DNA of 64,000 bases from an uncultured Acidobacteriota bacterium. GTDB taxonomy: Bacteria; Acidobacteriota; Thermoanaerobaculia; UBA5066; Gp7-AA6. The notes beneath the pieces are model-generated. The model did no database searches. It was not told the origin of the DNA and saw only the letters and a list, made by a program, of their open reading frames with translations. The position numbers and the translations under genes were made by a program. This document shows positions 52,075 to 61,709 of this stretch, in pieces; position 1 is the first letter of the stretch; each line of letters begins with the position of its first letter. The DNA is taken from contig CAVRXJ010000017.1 in the NCBI GenBank assembly GCA_963725095.1, positions 1,158-65,157 on the forward strand, read 5' to 3'.

Positions 52075-54019
52075 GTGACGATCACGCTGCCGGACGGATC
52101 GAAGCGAGCCGTCCCGAAGGGAACGACCGTCCGCCAGGTGGCGGAGGGCGATCGGGCCGCGCCTCGCCCGGGACGCCTGGGCCGGGAAGCTCGACGGCCG
52201 GGTCGTCGACCTGATCACGCCGATCGACGTCGGACGCCTCGATCGAGATCATCACGGCGAAGTCGCCCGACGCCGTTCCGATCTACCGCCACTCGACGGC
52301 GCACCTGACGGCCCAGGCGGTCAAGCGCCTCTTCCCGGACGTCCAGATCGGCATCGGCCCGCCGATCGAGAACGGCTACTACTACGACTTCAACCCGAAG
52401 CGGCCCTTCACGCCCGACGACCTCGCGGCGATCGAGGCGGAGATGCGCAAGATCATCGCGCGAGGACCTTCCGATCGAGCGGATGGACATGCCGATCGGC
52501 GAGGCGATCGCCATCTTCGAGAAGCAGGCCGACGACCTGAAGGTGGAGATCGCGCGCGGGATTCCGGAAGGGGAGCGGGTCTCCTGCTACCGGCAGGGCG
52601 AGTTCGTCGACCTCTGCCGCGGCCCGCACGTGGCCTCGACGGGAAGGCTCGGCGTCTTCAAGCTGACGCACACGGCGGGCGCCTACTGGAAGGGCGACGA
52701 GAAGAACCCGATGCTCCAGCGCATCTACGGGGCGTCGTTCCTGACCCAGAAGGAGCTCGACGACCACCTGAAGCAGGTCGGAGGAGGCGAAGGCCCGCGA
52801 CCACCGCAAGCTCGGCAAGGAGCTCGAGCTCTTCGTCGTTCCATCCGTGGGCGCCGGCGTCGCCGTTCTTCCTCCCGAAGGGGGCGGCCCTCTACAACGG
52901 CCTGATCGACGTTCCTGCGCTCGGAGTACCGGCGGCGCGGCTACGAGGAGGTCGTGACGCCGCAGATCTTCGACGTCGAGCTCTTCAAGACCTCCGGCCA
53001 CTACGCCAACTACCGCGAGAACATGTTCTTCACGGAGGTCGACGAGCGGGAGTACGGCGTCAAGCCGATGAACTGCCCCGGCCACTACCTGCTCTTCCAG
53101 GCGCGGCACTGGTCCTACCGCGACCTGCCGGTGCGGTATGGCCGACTTCGGCCGGCTCCACCGCTACGAGCTGTCGGGCGTCACCGCGGGGCTGACGCGC
53201 GTGCGCACGTTCTCGCAGGACGACGCCCACATCTTCACGCCCTTCGAGAAGGTCGAGGCCGAGATCTTCGCGTTCCTCGAGTTCCTGGACTTCGTCTACG
53301 GGGCGTTCGGCTTCGAGGACGTGGAAATCTCGCTCGGCCTGCGGCCCGAGAAGCGCATCGGCGCGGACGCGTTCTGGGACCGGGGCGAGGCGGCGCTCGA
53401 GGCGGCGCTGAAGGCCGCGGGCCGCCCCTTCGTGGTGACGCCCGGCGACGGCGCCTTCTACGGGCCCAAGATCGACTTCCGGGTGAAAGACGCCATCGGA
53501 CGGCCCTGGCAGCTCGGCACGATCCAGTGCGACTTCGCGCAGCCGGAGAACTTCGACCTGACCTACATCGGCGAGGACGGAAAGCCGCACCGGCCGGTCG
53601 TTCTCCACCGGGCGATCCTCGGATCGCTCGAGCGTTTTCTCGGGATCCTGATCGAGCACACGGCCGGGAACTTCCCGTTCTGGATCGCCCCGGTTCAGGC
53701 CGTGCGTCCTGCCGGTCTCCGACCGGTTCGCGGAGGCCGCCCGCGCGGCCGCCGCGCGCCTCCAGGCGGCGGGGCTGCGCGTCGAGACGGACGACCGCAA
53801 CGAGAAGCTCGGGCGCCCGGATCCGGCAGGCGGAGCTGCAGAAGACCCCGTGCATGCTCGTCGTCGGGGAGAAGGAGGCGGCCGCCGGGACGCGTGTCCG
53901 TCCGCCTGCGCCACGGCGGAGATGCCGGTACGATGTCGGTAGACCAGTTTGTCGCGGCCGCGAGGGCCGCGATCGAAGGCAGGCAACGTGAGCTTTCCGC
54001 GGAGGTGAAAGATCGATAA
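52075..54019 (+). CDS. thrS: threonine--tRNA ligase (about ten apparent frameshifts)
   Basis: GTG 52075. TGS domain [25 protein letters not shown]. ..[36 protein letters not shown].., ..[37 protein letters not shown].., ..[12 protein letters not shown].., ..[22 protein letters not shown] / [32 protein letters not shown].., ..[18 protein letters not shown].., anticodon-binding end ..[17 protein letters not shown]. These blocks alternate between all three frames. Confidence 0.85.
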
Positions 54020-54572
54020 GAAAAGCATCCGAGTCAACGAACAGATCCGGTGGAAGGAGGTTCGCCTGATCGGCGAATCGGGAGAGGCCCTCGGGGTCGT
54101 CGCGATGGCCGACGCGCTCCAGAAGGCCCGGGAGGCGGCCCTCGACCTGGTCGAGATCGCCCCGACCGCGAACCCGCCGGTGTGCCGCATCATGAACTTC
54201 GGAAAGTTCATCTACCAGCAGAAGAAGAAGCAGCAGGACTCGAAGAAGAAGCAGAAGACGACGCAGGTCAAGGAAGTGAAGTTTCGTCCCAACATCGACG
54301 ACCACGACTACGAGTTCAAGGTGAAGAACATCGTGAAGTTCCTCGCGCACGGCGACAAGGTCAAGGCGACGGTCCAGTTTCGCGGCCGCGAGATGGCCCG
54401 GCGCGAGAACGGGCAGAGGGTCCTCGACCGCCTGCTGCAGGACCTGACGGGCAAGGCCGTCGCGGAGTCGCGCTCGGAGATGCTGGGCAACCGTCTCTAC
54501 CAGATCCTGGCCCCCGTGCGCGTGCACGAGAAGGGCGCCAAGGCGGCCCCGGCCCAGGCCGCGGACCGCTAG
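54012..54572 (+). CDS. infC: translation initiation factor IF-3 with a probable non-canonical AUC start
   Basis: The IF-3 N-domain ([66 protein letters not shown]) begins upstream of the first ATG (54105). An in-frame TGA at 54006-08 limits the ORF. ATC 54012 lies 6 nt after GGAGG (54001-05) and overlaps the thrS stop. Confidence 0.85.
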   Translation: MDKKSIRVNEQIRWKEVRLIGESGEALGVVAMADALQKAREAALDLVEIAPTANPPVCRIMNFGKFIYQQKKKQQDSKKKQKTTQVKEVKFRPNIDDHDYEFKVKNIVKFLAHGDKVKATVQFRGREMARRENGQRVLDRLLQDLTGKAVAESRSEMLGNRLYQILAPVRVHEKGAKAAPAQAADR

Positions 54573-54602
54573 AACCTGCGCGCTCGACGAAAGGAATTTC
54601 CC

Positions 54603-54800
54603 ATGCCGAAACTGAAGACCCACCGGGGCGCCGCGAAGCGGTTCAAGAAGACCGCGACCGGCAAGTTCAAGAGGGCCAAGGCCTACAAGAGCCACATCCT
54701 GACCAAGAAGGGGCCAGGCCGCAAACGCGGGCTCGCAAAGTCGACGGTCGTGTCCGCCTCGGACATCCGTCGCGTGCGAGAGATGCTGCCGTACGCCTGA
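54603..54800 (+). CDS. rpmI: 50S ribosomal protein L35
   Basis: Intact 65 aa, [24 protein letters not shown]... Confidence 0.95.
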   Translation: MPKLKTHRGAAKRFKKTATGKFKRAKAYKSHILTKKGPGRKRGLAKSTVVSASDIRRVREMLPYA

Positions 54801-54827
54801 GGCCGAACACCTGACGAGGAGTTTCAA

Positions 54828-55190
54828 ATGCCACGCGTCAAAAGAGGACCCAAGAGGAAGAACCGCCGGGCGAAAACGCTCGGCCTGGCCAAGGGCTACT
54901 ACGGCACGAAGTCCAAGTCGTACCGGATGGCGAAGCTCCAGGTCGAGAAGTCGCTCGTCTACGCCTACCGCGACCGCAAGGCCAAGAAGCGCGAGTTTCG
55001 CGGTCTCTGGATCGTGCGCATCAACGCCGCGGCCCGGGAGAACGCGATCTCGTACAGCCGCCTGATGGACGGGCTGAAGAAGGCGGGCAACGACATCAAC
55101 CGCAAGATGCTCGCGGATCTGGCCATGACCGATCCCGGGGCATTCGCGCAGCTGGTGGGCGTCGCCAAGCAGGCGCTCGGCTCGGCGTAG
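54828..55190 (+). CDS. rplT: 50S ribosomal protein L20
   Basis: Intact 120 aa, [40 protein letters not shown]... Confidence 0.95.
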   Translation: MPRVKRGPKRKNRRAKTLGLAKGYYGTKSKSYRMAKLQVEKSLVYAYRDRKAKKREFRGLWIVRINAAARENAISYSRLMDGLKKAGNDINRKMLADLAMTDPGAFAQLVGVAKQALGSA

Positions 55191-55194
55191 GAGT

Positions 55195-56258
55195 TTGTCT
55201 CCGGACAGGTCGGACGATCCGGTCGCTCCCGTCCTCGCGGCCTTTCGCGAGGAAGAGGGCCGGGGTGTCGGCTCGCGGGCCGACTTCGAGCGGGTCAAGG
55301 GCCGTTTTCTCGGGCGGGAGACGGGGCCTCGTGCCGGCGCTCTTCGCCGGGGTCAAGGACCTGCCGCCCGCCGAGCGGGCGGGCTTCGGCGCCCGCGCCA
55401 ACGCCGCCAAGCGCGAGATCGAGCTGGCGATCGAGCGCCTCGGCGAGGCGGTTTCCCGGCGCGAAGCGCGAGGCGCGCGAATCGGCGGGCGCCGTCGACG
55501 TCACGCTGCCGGCGCGGCGTCCGCGGTCCGGAGGGCTCCATCCGATCACGGTCGTGCGGCGGCGCATCGAGCGGATCTTCCTCCGCATGGGGTACGCGAT
55601 CGCCGACGGGCCGGAGCTCGAGAACGACCACTACAACTTCGAGGCGTTGAACTTCCCGCCCGAGCATCCGGCGCGGGACTCGCAGGACACGCTGATGGTG
55701 GACCGCAAGGCGGCCTCGCCGCTCCTGCTGCGGACGCACACCTCACCGGTCCAGATCCGCGAGATGAAGAAGCGCGGCGCGCCGCTGCGCGTCCTCGTTC
55801 CCGGGCGCGTCTACCGGAAGGACGAGGTGGACGCGACCCACTCGCCCGTCTTCCATCAGGCCGAGGCGCTCGTCGTGGACCGCGGCATCGCGCTCGCGGA
55901 CCTGAAGGGCACCGTCGAGGCGTTTCTCGAGGCGCTCTTCGGGCGCGGGACGCGCACGCGCTTCATCCCGACCTTCTTTCCCTTCGTCGAGCCGGGAGTG
56001 GACGTGGCGATGAGCTGCATCTTCTGCAAGGGGTCGGGCTGCCGCAAGTGCAAGGAGTCGGGCTGGATCGAGATCATGGGCGCCGGCATGGTCCACCCGC
56101 TCGTGTTGCGAGGCGTCGGGATCGACCCGGAGGAGTACTCGGGCTTCGCGTTCGGCCTGGGCCTCGACCGCGTCGCCCTGCTGCTCTACGGGTTCCCCGA
56201 TCTGCGGCTCCTGTTCGAGGGGGACGAGCGCTTCCTCTCGCAATTCGCCAACGAATGA
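55195..56258 (+). CDS. pheS: phenylalanine--tRNA ligase alpha subunit (two apparent frameshifts near 55325 and 55475)
   Basis: TTG 55195. The catalytic core is an intact ORF (55554-56258): [95 protein letters not shown]... Confidence 0.85.
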
Positions 56259-58355
56259 AGTTCTCTCTCGAATGGCTCAACGACCACGTGGACGTCGACT
56301 CGGCCGGCGGGGCCGGCGGCGTGCGCGCGCTCCTCGAGCAGGCGGGTCTGCCGGCCGAGTCCTCCGAGCCGTCGGGCGGCGACACGATCCTGGACGTCGA
56401 GATCACCCCCAACCGGCCCGACGCGATGGGGCACAGGGGCCTCGCGCGCGAAATCGCGGCGATGGCGGGCCTGGCGCGGCGTGCGGCCGCCCGCGCCGGA
56501 CCTGCAGGGCGCCGGCGAGACGGTCGAGCGCCTGACCTCGGTCGTCAACCAGGTGCCGCGCCTGTGCCGCCGGTTCGGCGTGCGGCTGGTGCGCGGAATC
56601 CAGAACGGCGCGGCGTCGGAAGCGCGTGCGCTCGCGGCTTTCGCGCCTGGGCGCCAAGACGATCTCGTCGGCGGTCGACGCGACCAACTACGGGCTCTGG
56701 GACACGGGCCAGCCCCTCCACGCCTTCGACTTCGACAAGCTCGCGGGAGGCCTCCTGATCGTGCGCAAGGCGCGCAAGGGCGAGAAGCTCGTGACGCTCG
56801 ACGGCGTCGAGCGGGAGCTTTCGGCCTCCGACATCGTGGTGGCCGATGCGGAGCGGGCGGTGTCGCTCGCCGGAATCATGGGCGGGCTCGACACGGCCGT
56901 CACCGGCGGAGACGCGCAACGTCCTCCTCGAGGGCGCCTGGTGGGACCCGGTCACCGTCCGCCGCACCTCGCGGCGCCTCGGCCTCCACACCGACGCGTC
57001 CCACCGCTTCGAGCGGGGCGCCGACCTCGAAGCGATCCCCGGGGCGCTCGATCTGGCGGCGTTCCTGATCCTCGAGGCTTCCGGCGGCCGGCTCGCCCCC
57101 GGAATGCTGGACGCGCCCGGCAGCCCGTTCCGCGTGCGGCAAGGCGACGCTGCGCCTCCAGCGGCTGCGGCAGCTCTCCGGGGACGATCGGATCACGCTC
57201 GAGTTCGCCGAAGAGGCCCTCCGGCGCCTCGAGTTCGCGCCCGAGCGGCGCGGCAAGCACCTGACCGTTTCGATCCCGCTCTTCCGCCAGGACGTGCGCC
57301 GCGAGGAGGACCTGATCGAGGAGGTCCTGCGGGTCCACGGGTACCAGCAGATTCCCTCGCGCCTGCCGCCCGCGACGGGCGCCGGAGGTTATCTGGAACC
57401 GCTTCGGGAGGTCGAGGACCGGATGGCCGACGCGGCCGCGGCCTCGGGCCTCTTCGAGACGGTCAGCTTCCCCTTCGTCGATGCCGCCGAGGAGCGCCCC
57501 TACGACGTCTGGCTCGCGCTCTCGGGAACGGCCGCCGAACGGCTTCGCCTGCGGCTCTCCAATCCCCTGGACGAGGGCCGGCGGCACCTGCGCGCGACCC
57601 TGCTTCCCGGGGCTCCTCGACGCGCTGGCGCACAACGTGCGCCGCGGCCAGGCGGACGCGGGGCTCTTCGAGATCGGGCGGACCTTCGGGCGCGAGGGCG
57701 ATGCCCGACGCGCCCGAGTCCTTCGAGTCTCGCCGCCTCGCCTTCGCGCTCTGCGGGCAGGCGCGCCCGCACTGGAGTGAGCCGCCCGCCCGCCGCGCGG
57801 CGGACTTCTTCGACGCCAAGGGGATCGCCGAGCGCCTGCTCGAGCCGTTTGCGGCGCCGGAGACGCTGACGTGGGCCCCGTTCGAGTCGGACGGATTCGC
57901 GCGGGGCGCGGCGGCCCTGGCGCGCTCGGCGTCGGGCGCGCCGCTGGCCGTCGTCGGCGCGATCGCCGGGAGCGAGCGCGAGAAGCGCCGTCTGTCGGAA
58001 GGCGGTCTTCGCGGGCGAGATCCTGCTCGACGCGGTCCCCGCGCGGGCCGCCGCCGCGAGCTTTCGCCCGTACTCCGCCTTCCCGCCGGTTCCCGCGGAC
58101 CTCTCCTTCGCCCAACCGCGGGACCTGCCGTGGGCCGAGGTCGAGAAGTTCGTCCGCGCACAGGGCCTCCCGGATCTCGAGTCGCTGCGGCTGCTGGATC
58201 GCTACGAAGGCAAGGGAGTCGGCGAGGGGCGCGTGAAGACGACCCTGCGCTTGACGTTCCGCTCTTCGGAACGGACCCTCGAGCAGGAAGAAGTCAATGC
58301 GCGGGTGCAAGGCCTCGCCGCGGCCCTGAAGGCGAAGCTGGCAGTGACCCTCTGA
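56255..58355 (+). CDS. pheT: phenylalanine--tRNA ligase beta subunit (many apparent frameshifts)
   Basis: ATG 56255 overlaps the pheS stop (ATGA). [37 protein letters not shown].., ..[55 protein letters not shown].., ..[24 protein letters not shown].., ..[20 protein letters not shown].., FDX-ACB end ..[52 protein letters not shown] with TGA at 58353-55. Confidence 0.8.
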
Positions 58356-58370
58356 CGGGCAGGAGGAAAC

Positions 58371-58613
58371 ATGGACAACGCGAAGATCTTCGACACCCTC
58401 GACCGAAAAATCGAAAAGCTTCTTTCCCGGCTGCGCGCGCTCGAGCAGGAGAACGACAAGCTCAAGTCGGACGTGGCGGCGGCGCGCCGGGCCGAGAAGG
58501 ACGCGGCGGACTCCCGTGGAGCGACGGAGCGCCTCGAAAAGGAGCAGGAGGCTGTGCGGGAGCGCCTCCAGCGGCTGATCGAGTCGCTGGAGGCCGCCGA
58601 AGGAAAGGGCTGA
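58371..58613 (+). CDS. ZapB-like coiled-coil cell-division protein
   Basis: Intact 80 aa. GGAGGAAAC lies before the ATG. Heptad-rich: MDNAKIFDTLDRKIEKLLSRLRALEQENDKLKSDV... Positioned directly upstream of zapA. Confidence 0.6.
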   Translation: MDNAKIFDTLDRKIEKLLSRLRALEQENDKLKSDVAAARRAEKDAADSRGATERLEKEQEAVRERLQRLIESLEAAEGKG

Positions 58614-58662
58614 TTCGGCGCCCCTTCCCTCTCCTTTCGGACGCGGCCAGGCGTGGAAATCG

Positions 58663-58692
58663 TTGACTCCCTTGAGGGTTCACGACTAGACT
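58663..58692 (+). promoter_or_regulatory. sigma-70-like promoter candidate upstream of zapA
   Basis: TTGACT (58663-68), an 18-nt spacer, then TAGACT (58687-92). AAGGAG at 58703-08 follows, then TTG 58721. Confidence 0.35.
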
Positions 58693-58720
58693 CCCCCTCC
58701 GAAAGGAGTCTGCGTCTCGA

Positions 58721-59014
58721 TTGGACAAGCGGGGCAGCGTGACTCAAGTGGAAATCTTTGGCCAGACGTACAGCGTCCGCGCCGAGGGCGACAGTTCCTA
58801 CATCCACGATTTGGCCCGCTTCGTCGATTCCCGGATGAAAGAGGTGGCCGAACAGACGGCAACCGTCGATACGACGAAAATTGCCATCCTTGCGGCCCTC
58901 AATATTTCAGATGATCTTCATCGGGTCGAAAGAAGCCGAATGGACAATCCGACCGACGCGCTGGCGCGGGCGGAACGTCTGATTCGGAAACTGGACGACG
59001 CCCTGGACGCCTGA
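58721..59014 (+). CDS. zapA: cell division protein ZapA
   Basis: 97 aa. ..VTQVEIFGQTYSVRAEGDSSYIHDLARFVDSRMKEVAEQTATVDTTKIAILAALNISDDL... The start is uncertain (TTG 58721 or GTG 58739). Confidence 0.8.
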   Translation: MDKRGSVTQVEIFGQTYSVRAEGDSSYIHDLARFVDSRMKEVAEQTATVDTTKIAILAALNISDDLHRVERSRMDNPTDALARAERLIRKLDDALDA

Positions 59015-59023
59015 AGGCGACGC

Positions 59024-59176
59024 GTCGGCAACCCCTCGGGGGGCACGAAGTGAATCGATCGGTCGAATCGAAATTCCCTGGTGCCGGCAAGTTCGAACCC
59101 GCTCTTGCGGAGAGACTTCCGCATCATCGTGTAGCCGCCGTCGACTTTCGGCGTCCCCGGGCAGAGGGGAGCCGAC
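59024..59176 (+). ncRNA. candidate 6S RNA (ssrS-like rod with central bubble), or a structured rny leader
   Basis: The whole zapA-rny spacer folds by hand into an interrupted helix. Pairings: GUCGGC 59024-29 / GCCGAC 59171-76; CCCCUC 59032-37 / GAGGGG 59164-69; GGGG 59040-43 / CCCC 59155-58; CGAAG 59046-50 / CUUCG-type 59145-50; further pairs to ~59062/59135. An asymmetric internal loop spans ~59063-82 vs 59123-34. An inner stem pairs 59083-94 with 59114-22. The apical hairpin is CCGC-UCUU-GCGG (59099-59110). Position downstream of zapA matches E. coli ssrS. Confidence 0.4.
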
Positions 59177-60747
59177 ATGAGCACATCTCTCGCGATCGCC
59201 GTCGCGGCGGGGCTGGCCATAGCCGCCGTCCTGGGCGGGATCGTCCTTTTCACCGTTGCGCCGGAAGCTCCAGCAGGAGCGGGCCGGGATCCGGACGGAG
59301 GCCGAGCGCATCCGGACGGAGGCCACGAAGGCCGCCGAGGCGAAGCTGCGCGAGGCCTCCATCGAAGCCAAGGAGAAGGTCCTCGCCGCGCGGGCGGAGT
59401 TCGAGAAGACGGTCCAGGCCCGGCGGCAGGAGATCACGGCGCTCGAAAACCGGGTCGTCGCCAAGGAGGAGAACCTCGACCGCAAGCTCTCGGCGCAGGA
59501 GCGGCGGGAGGAGGAATTCACCCGCAAGGAGAAGGGCCTCTCCGACCAGCAGAAGAAGCTCGACGAGATGCAGGGCGAGATCCAGAAGCTCATCGACGAG
59601 CAGCGCAAGCGCCTCGAGCAGATCTCGGGGCTGACCGCGGTGGACGCCAAGCGCGACCTGGTCAAGTCGATCGAGAACGAGGCGCGCGTCGAGGGGGCCG
59701 GCCTGATGCGGCGCATCGAGGAGGAGGCCCTGGAGCAGTCGACACAGAAGGCACGGCACATCATCGGCATGGCGATCCAGCGGCTGGCCTCCGACGTCGT
59801 CGTCGAGGCGACGGTGTCGGTCGTCGAGCTTCCCTCCGATGACCTGAAGGGCCGGATCATCGGCCGCGAGGGCCGCAACATCCGGGCGCTCGAGGCCGCC
59901 ACGGGCGTCGACCTGATCATCGACGACACGCCGGAGGCCATCGTCATCTCGGCCTTCGAGCCGCTGCGCCGGGAAGTGGCCCGCCTCGCGCTCGAGAAGC
60001 TGATCGTGGACGGACGGATTCACCCCGCCCGGATCGAGGAGATCGTCGAGAAGGTGCGCTCGGAGCTCTGGGAACGGATCCGACAGGAAGGCGAGGCGAC
60101 CGCGCTCGAATTCGGCATCCCGGACCTTCATCCGGAGCTGATCAAGCTGCTCGGGCGCCTCAAGTTCCGGACGTCCTACGGCCAGAACGTGCTCCAGCAT
60201 TCCAAGGAAGTCGCGTGGCTCGCGACCAACATGGCGGCCGAGCTCGGCGGCAACGTCGAGGTGGCCAAGCGCGCCGGCCTGCTCCACGACATCGGCAAGG
60301 CGATCGACCGGGAGATGGAAGGCACGCACCTGGAGCTCGGGCGCGAGGTCCTGAAGAAGTTCGGCGAGCTGAACGAAGTCATCCACGCCATGGAGTGCCA
60401 CCACGGCGACTACGAGCCGCGTTCGCTCGAAGCCGTGCTCGTCAACGGCGCCGACGCCCTGTCGGCCGCCCGACCCGGGCGCGCGCCGGGAGATCCTGGA
60501 GACGTACGTCAAGCGCCTGGAGAAGCTCGAGCACATCGCCGACGGCTTCAAGGGCGTGCAGAAGGCGTTCGCCGTCCAGGCGGGACGGGAGCTGCGCATC
60601 ATCGTCGAGGCCAACCGCGTCACCGACGACGAGGCCCTCTGGCTCTCCCGCGACGTGGCCAAGAAGATCGAGTCGGAGCTGCAGTACCCCGGCCAGATCC
60701 GGGTGACGGTCATCCGCGAGACCCGGGCCGTGGAGTACGCGAGATGA
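59177..60747 (+). CDS. rny: ribonuclease Y (two apparent frameshifts near 59260 and 60480)
   Basis: N-terminal [27 protein letters not shown]. Coiled-coil region, KH ([26 protein letters not shown]), HD (..[21 protein letters not shown]). C-term ..[53 protein letters not shown]. Confidence 0.9.
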
Positions 60748-60830
60748 GTCCCTCGTCCGTTGTCCGTGGTCCGTCGTCGATCGGAGACCAACAGCCAAGG
60801 CCCAAGGACCAAGGACCAAGGACCAGGGAC
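60748..60830. repeat. imperfect palindrome built from two opposed arrays of 7-nt tandem repeats (rny-ymdB spacer)
   Basis: The 5' arm is GTCCCTC GTCCGTT GTCCGTG GTCCGTC GTCGATC. The 3' arm is CCAAGGC CCAAGGA CCAAGGA CCAAGGA CCAGGGA C. The arms pair at about 25 of 31 positions, with mismatches recurring once per repeat unit. Confidence 0.75.
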
Positions 60831-60850
60831 TCGCGATACAGGGGCACGAC

Positions 60851-61631
60851 GTGAATATCCTCTTCGTCGGCGACGTCGTCGGCTCCCCGGGGCGACGGGC
60901 GCTGCAGGAGGCGCTGCTCGGCGTCATCGACCGGCGCAAGATCGACTTCACGATCGTCAACGTCGAGAATGCCGCCGGCGGCTTCGGCCTGACCAACGAG
61001 CTCTTCGCCGAGCTCTCGAAGATGCCGATCGACGTCTTTTCTTCCGGAAACCACATCTGGGACAAGAAGGAGATCTACGACGAGTTGAACGCCTCGGACC
61101 GCCTCCTGCGCCCGGCCAACTACCCGCCGGGAAACCCCGGCAGGGGCGCCACGGTGCAGACGACCGCCGCGGGGATCCCGGTCGGCGTCCTGAACCTGCA
61201 GGGGCAGGTGTTCATGCCGGCGCACGCCGATTCGCCGTTTCGCGTCGCCGACGAGGAGCTCGCCAAGATGGACGCGCGGGTGATCATCGTCGACATGCAC
61301 GCCGAGGCGACCTCGGAAAAGGCGGCGATCGGCTGGTACCTGGACGGCCGCGTGTCGGCCGTGCTCGGGACGCACACGCACGTGCCGACCGCGGACGAGA
61401 CGATCCGGCCGGGCGGGACCGCCTACCTCTCCGACGTCGGGATGACCGGGCGCCTACGAGGGCATCATCGGGTTCTCCAAGGACCGCATCATCGAGAAGT
61501 TCCTGTCGCAGACGCCGCGCTCCTTCGAGACCGCCAAGCGCGACATCCGTCTTTCCGGCGTCGTGATCGGCGTGGACGAGGCGACGGGGAAGGCGACGTC
61601 GATCGAGCGGGTGCAGGTCCGAGTGGATTGA
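60851..61631 (+). CDS. ymdB: YmdB-like metallophosphoesterase (TIGR00282; 2',3'-cyclic-nucleotide 2'-phosphodiesterase family; one apparent frameshift near 61450)
   Basis: GTG 60851. [14 protein letters not shown].., [40 protein letters not shown]. Then in another frame [58 protein letters not shown]. Sits downstream of rny as in Bacillus. Confidence 0.85.
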
Positions 61632-61634
61632 GGA

Positions 61635-61709
61635 ATCGGGTGATCGAGCGATCGGATGATCGGGTGATCGGGATGCCGTTCGATGACCCGATGGCCCGAT
61701 GACCCGATC
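61635..61709. repeat. imperfect palindrome built from opposed 8-nt tandem repeats, overlapping the GT2 start codon
   Basis: The 5' arm is GGGTGATC GAGCGATC GGATGATC GGGTGATC (61638-61669). The 3' arm is GATGACCC GATGGCCC GATGACCC GATC (61682-61709). About 27 of 34 positions can pair. The 3' units place ATGs at 61683, 61691 and 61699 in three different frames. Confidence 0.75.

Noticed and set aside
52075-58355. thrS, pheS and pheT (also metG and infB) as genuine pseudogenes
   Set aside because: These are essential single-function genes with otherwise perfectly conserved motifs and no premature decay such as deletions or missense drift. Multiple 1-nt slips are far more likely consensus errors. 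They are reported as interrupted CDS, not pseudogenes.
60748-61709. Short tandem repeats flanking ymdB considered as a CRISPR array or CRISPR remnant
   Set aside because: The units are only 7-8 nt, directly adjacent without spacers, and arranged as inverted arrays. No cas genes are present. This is not CRISPR architecture.
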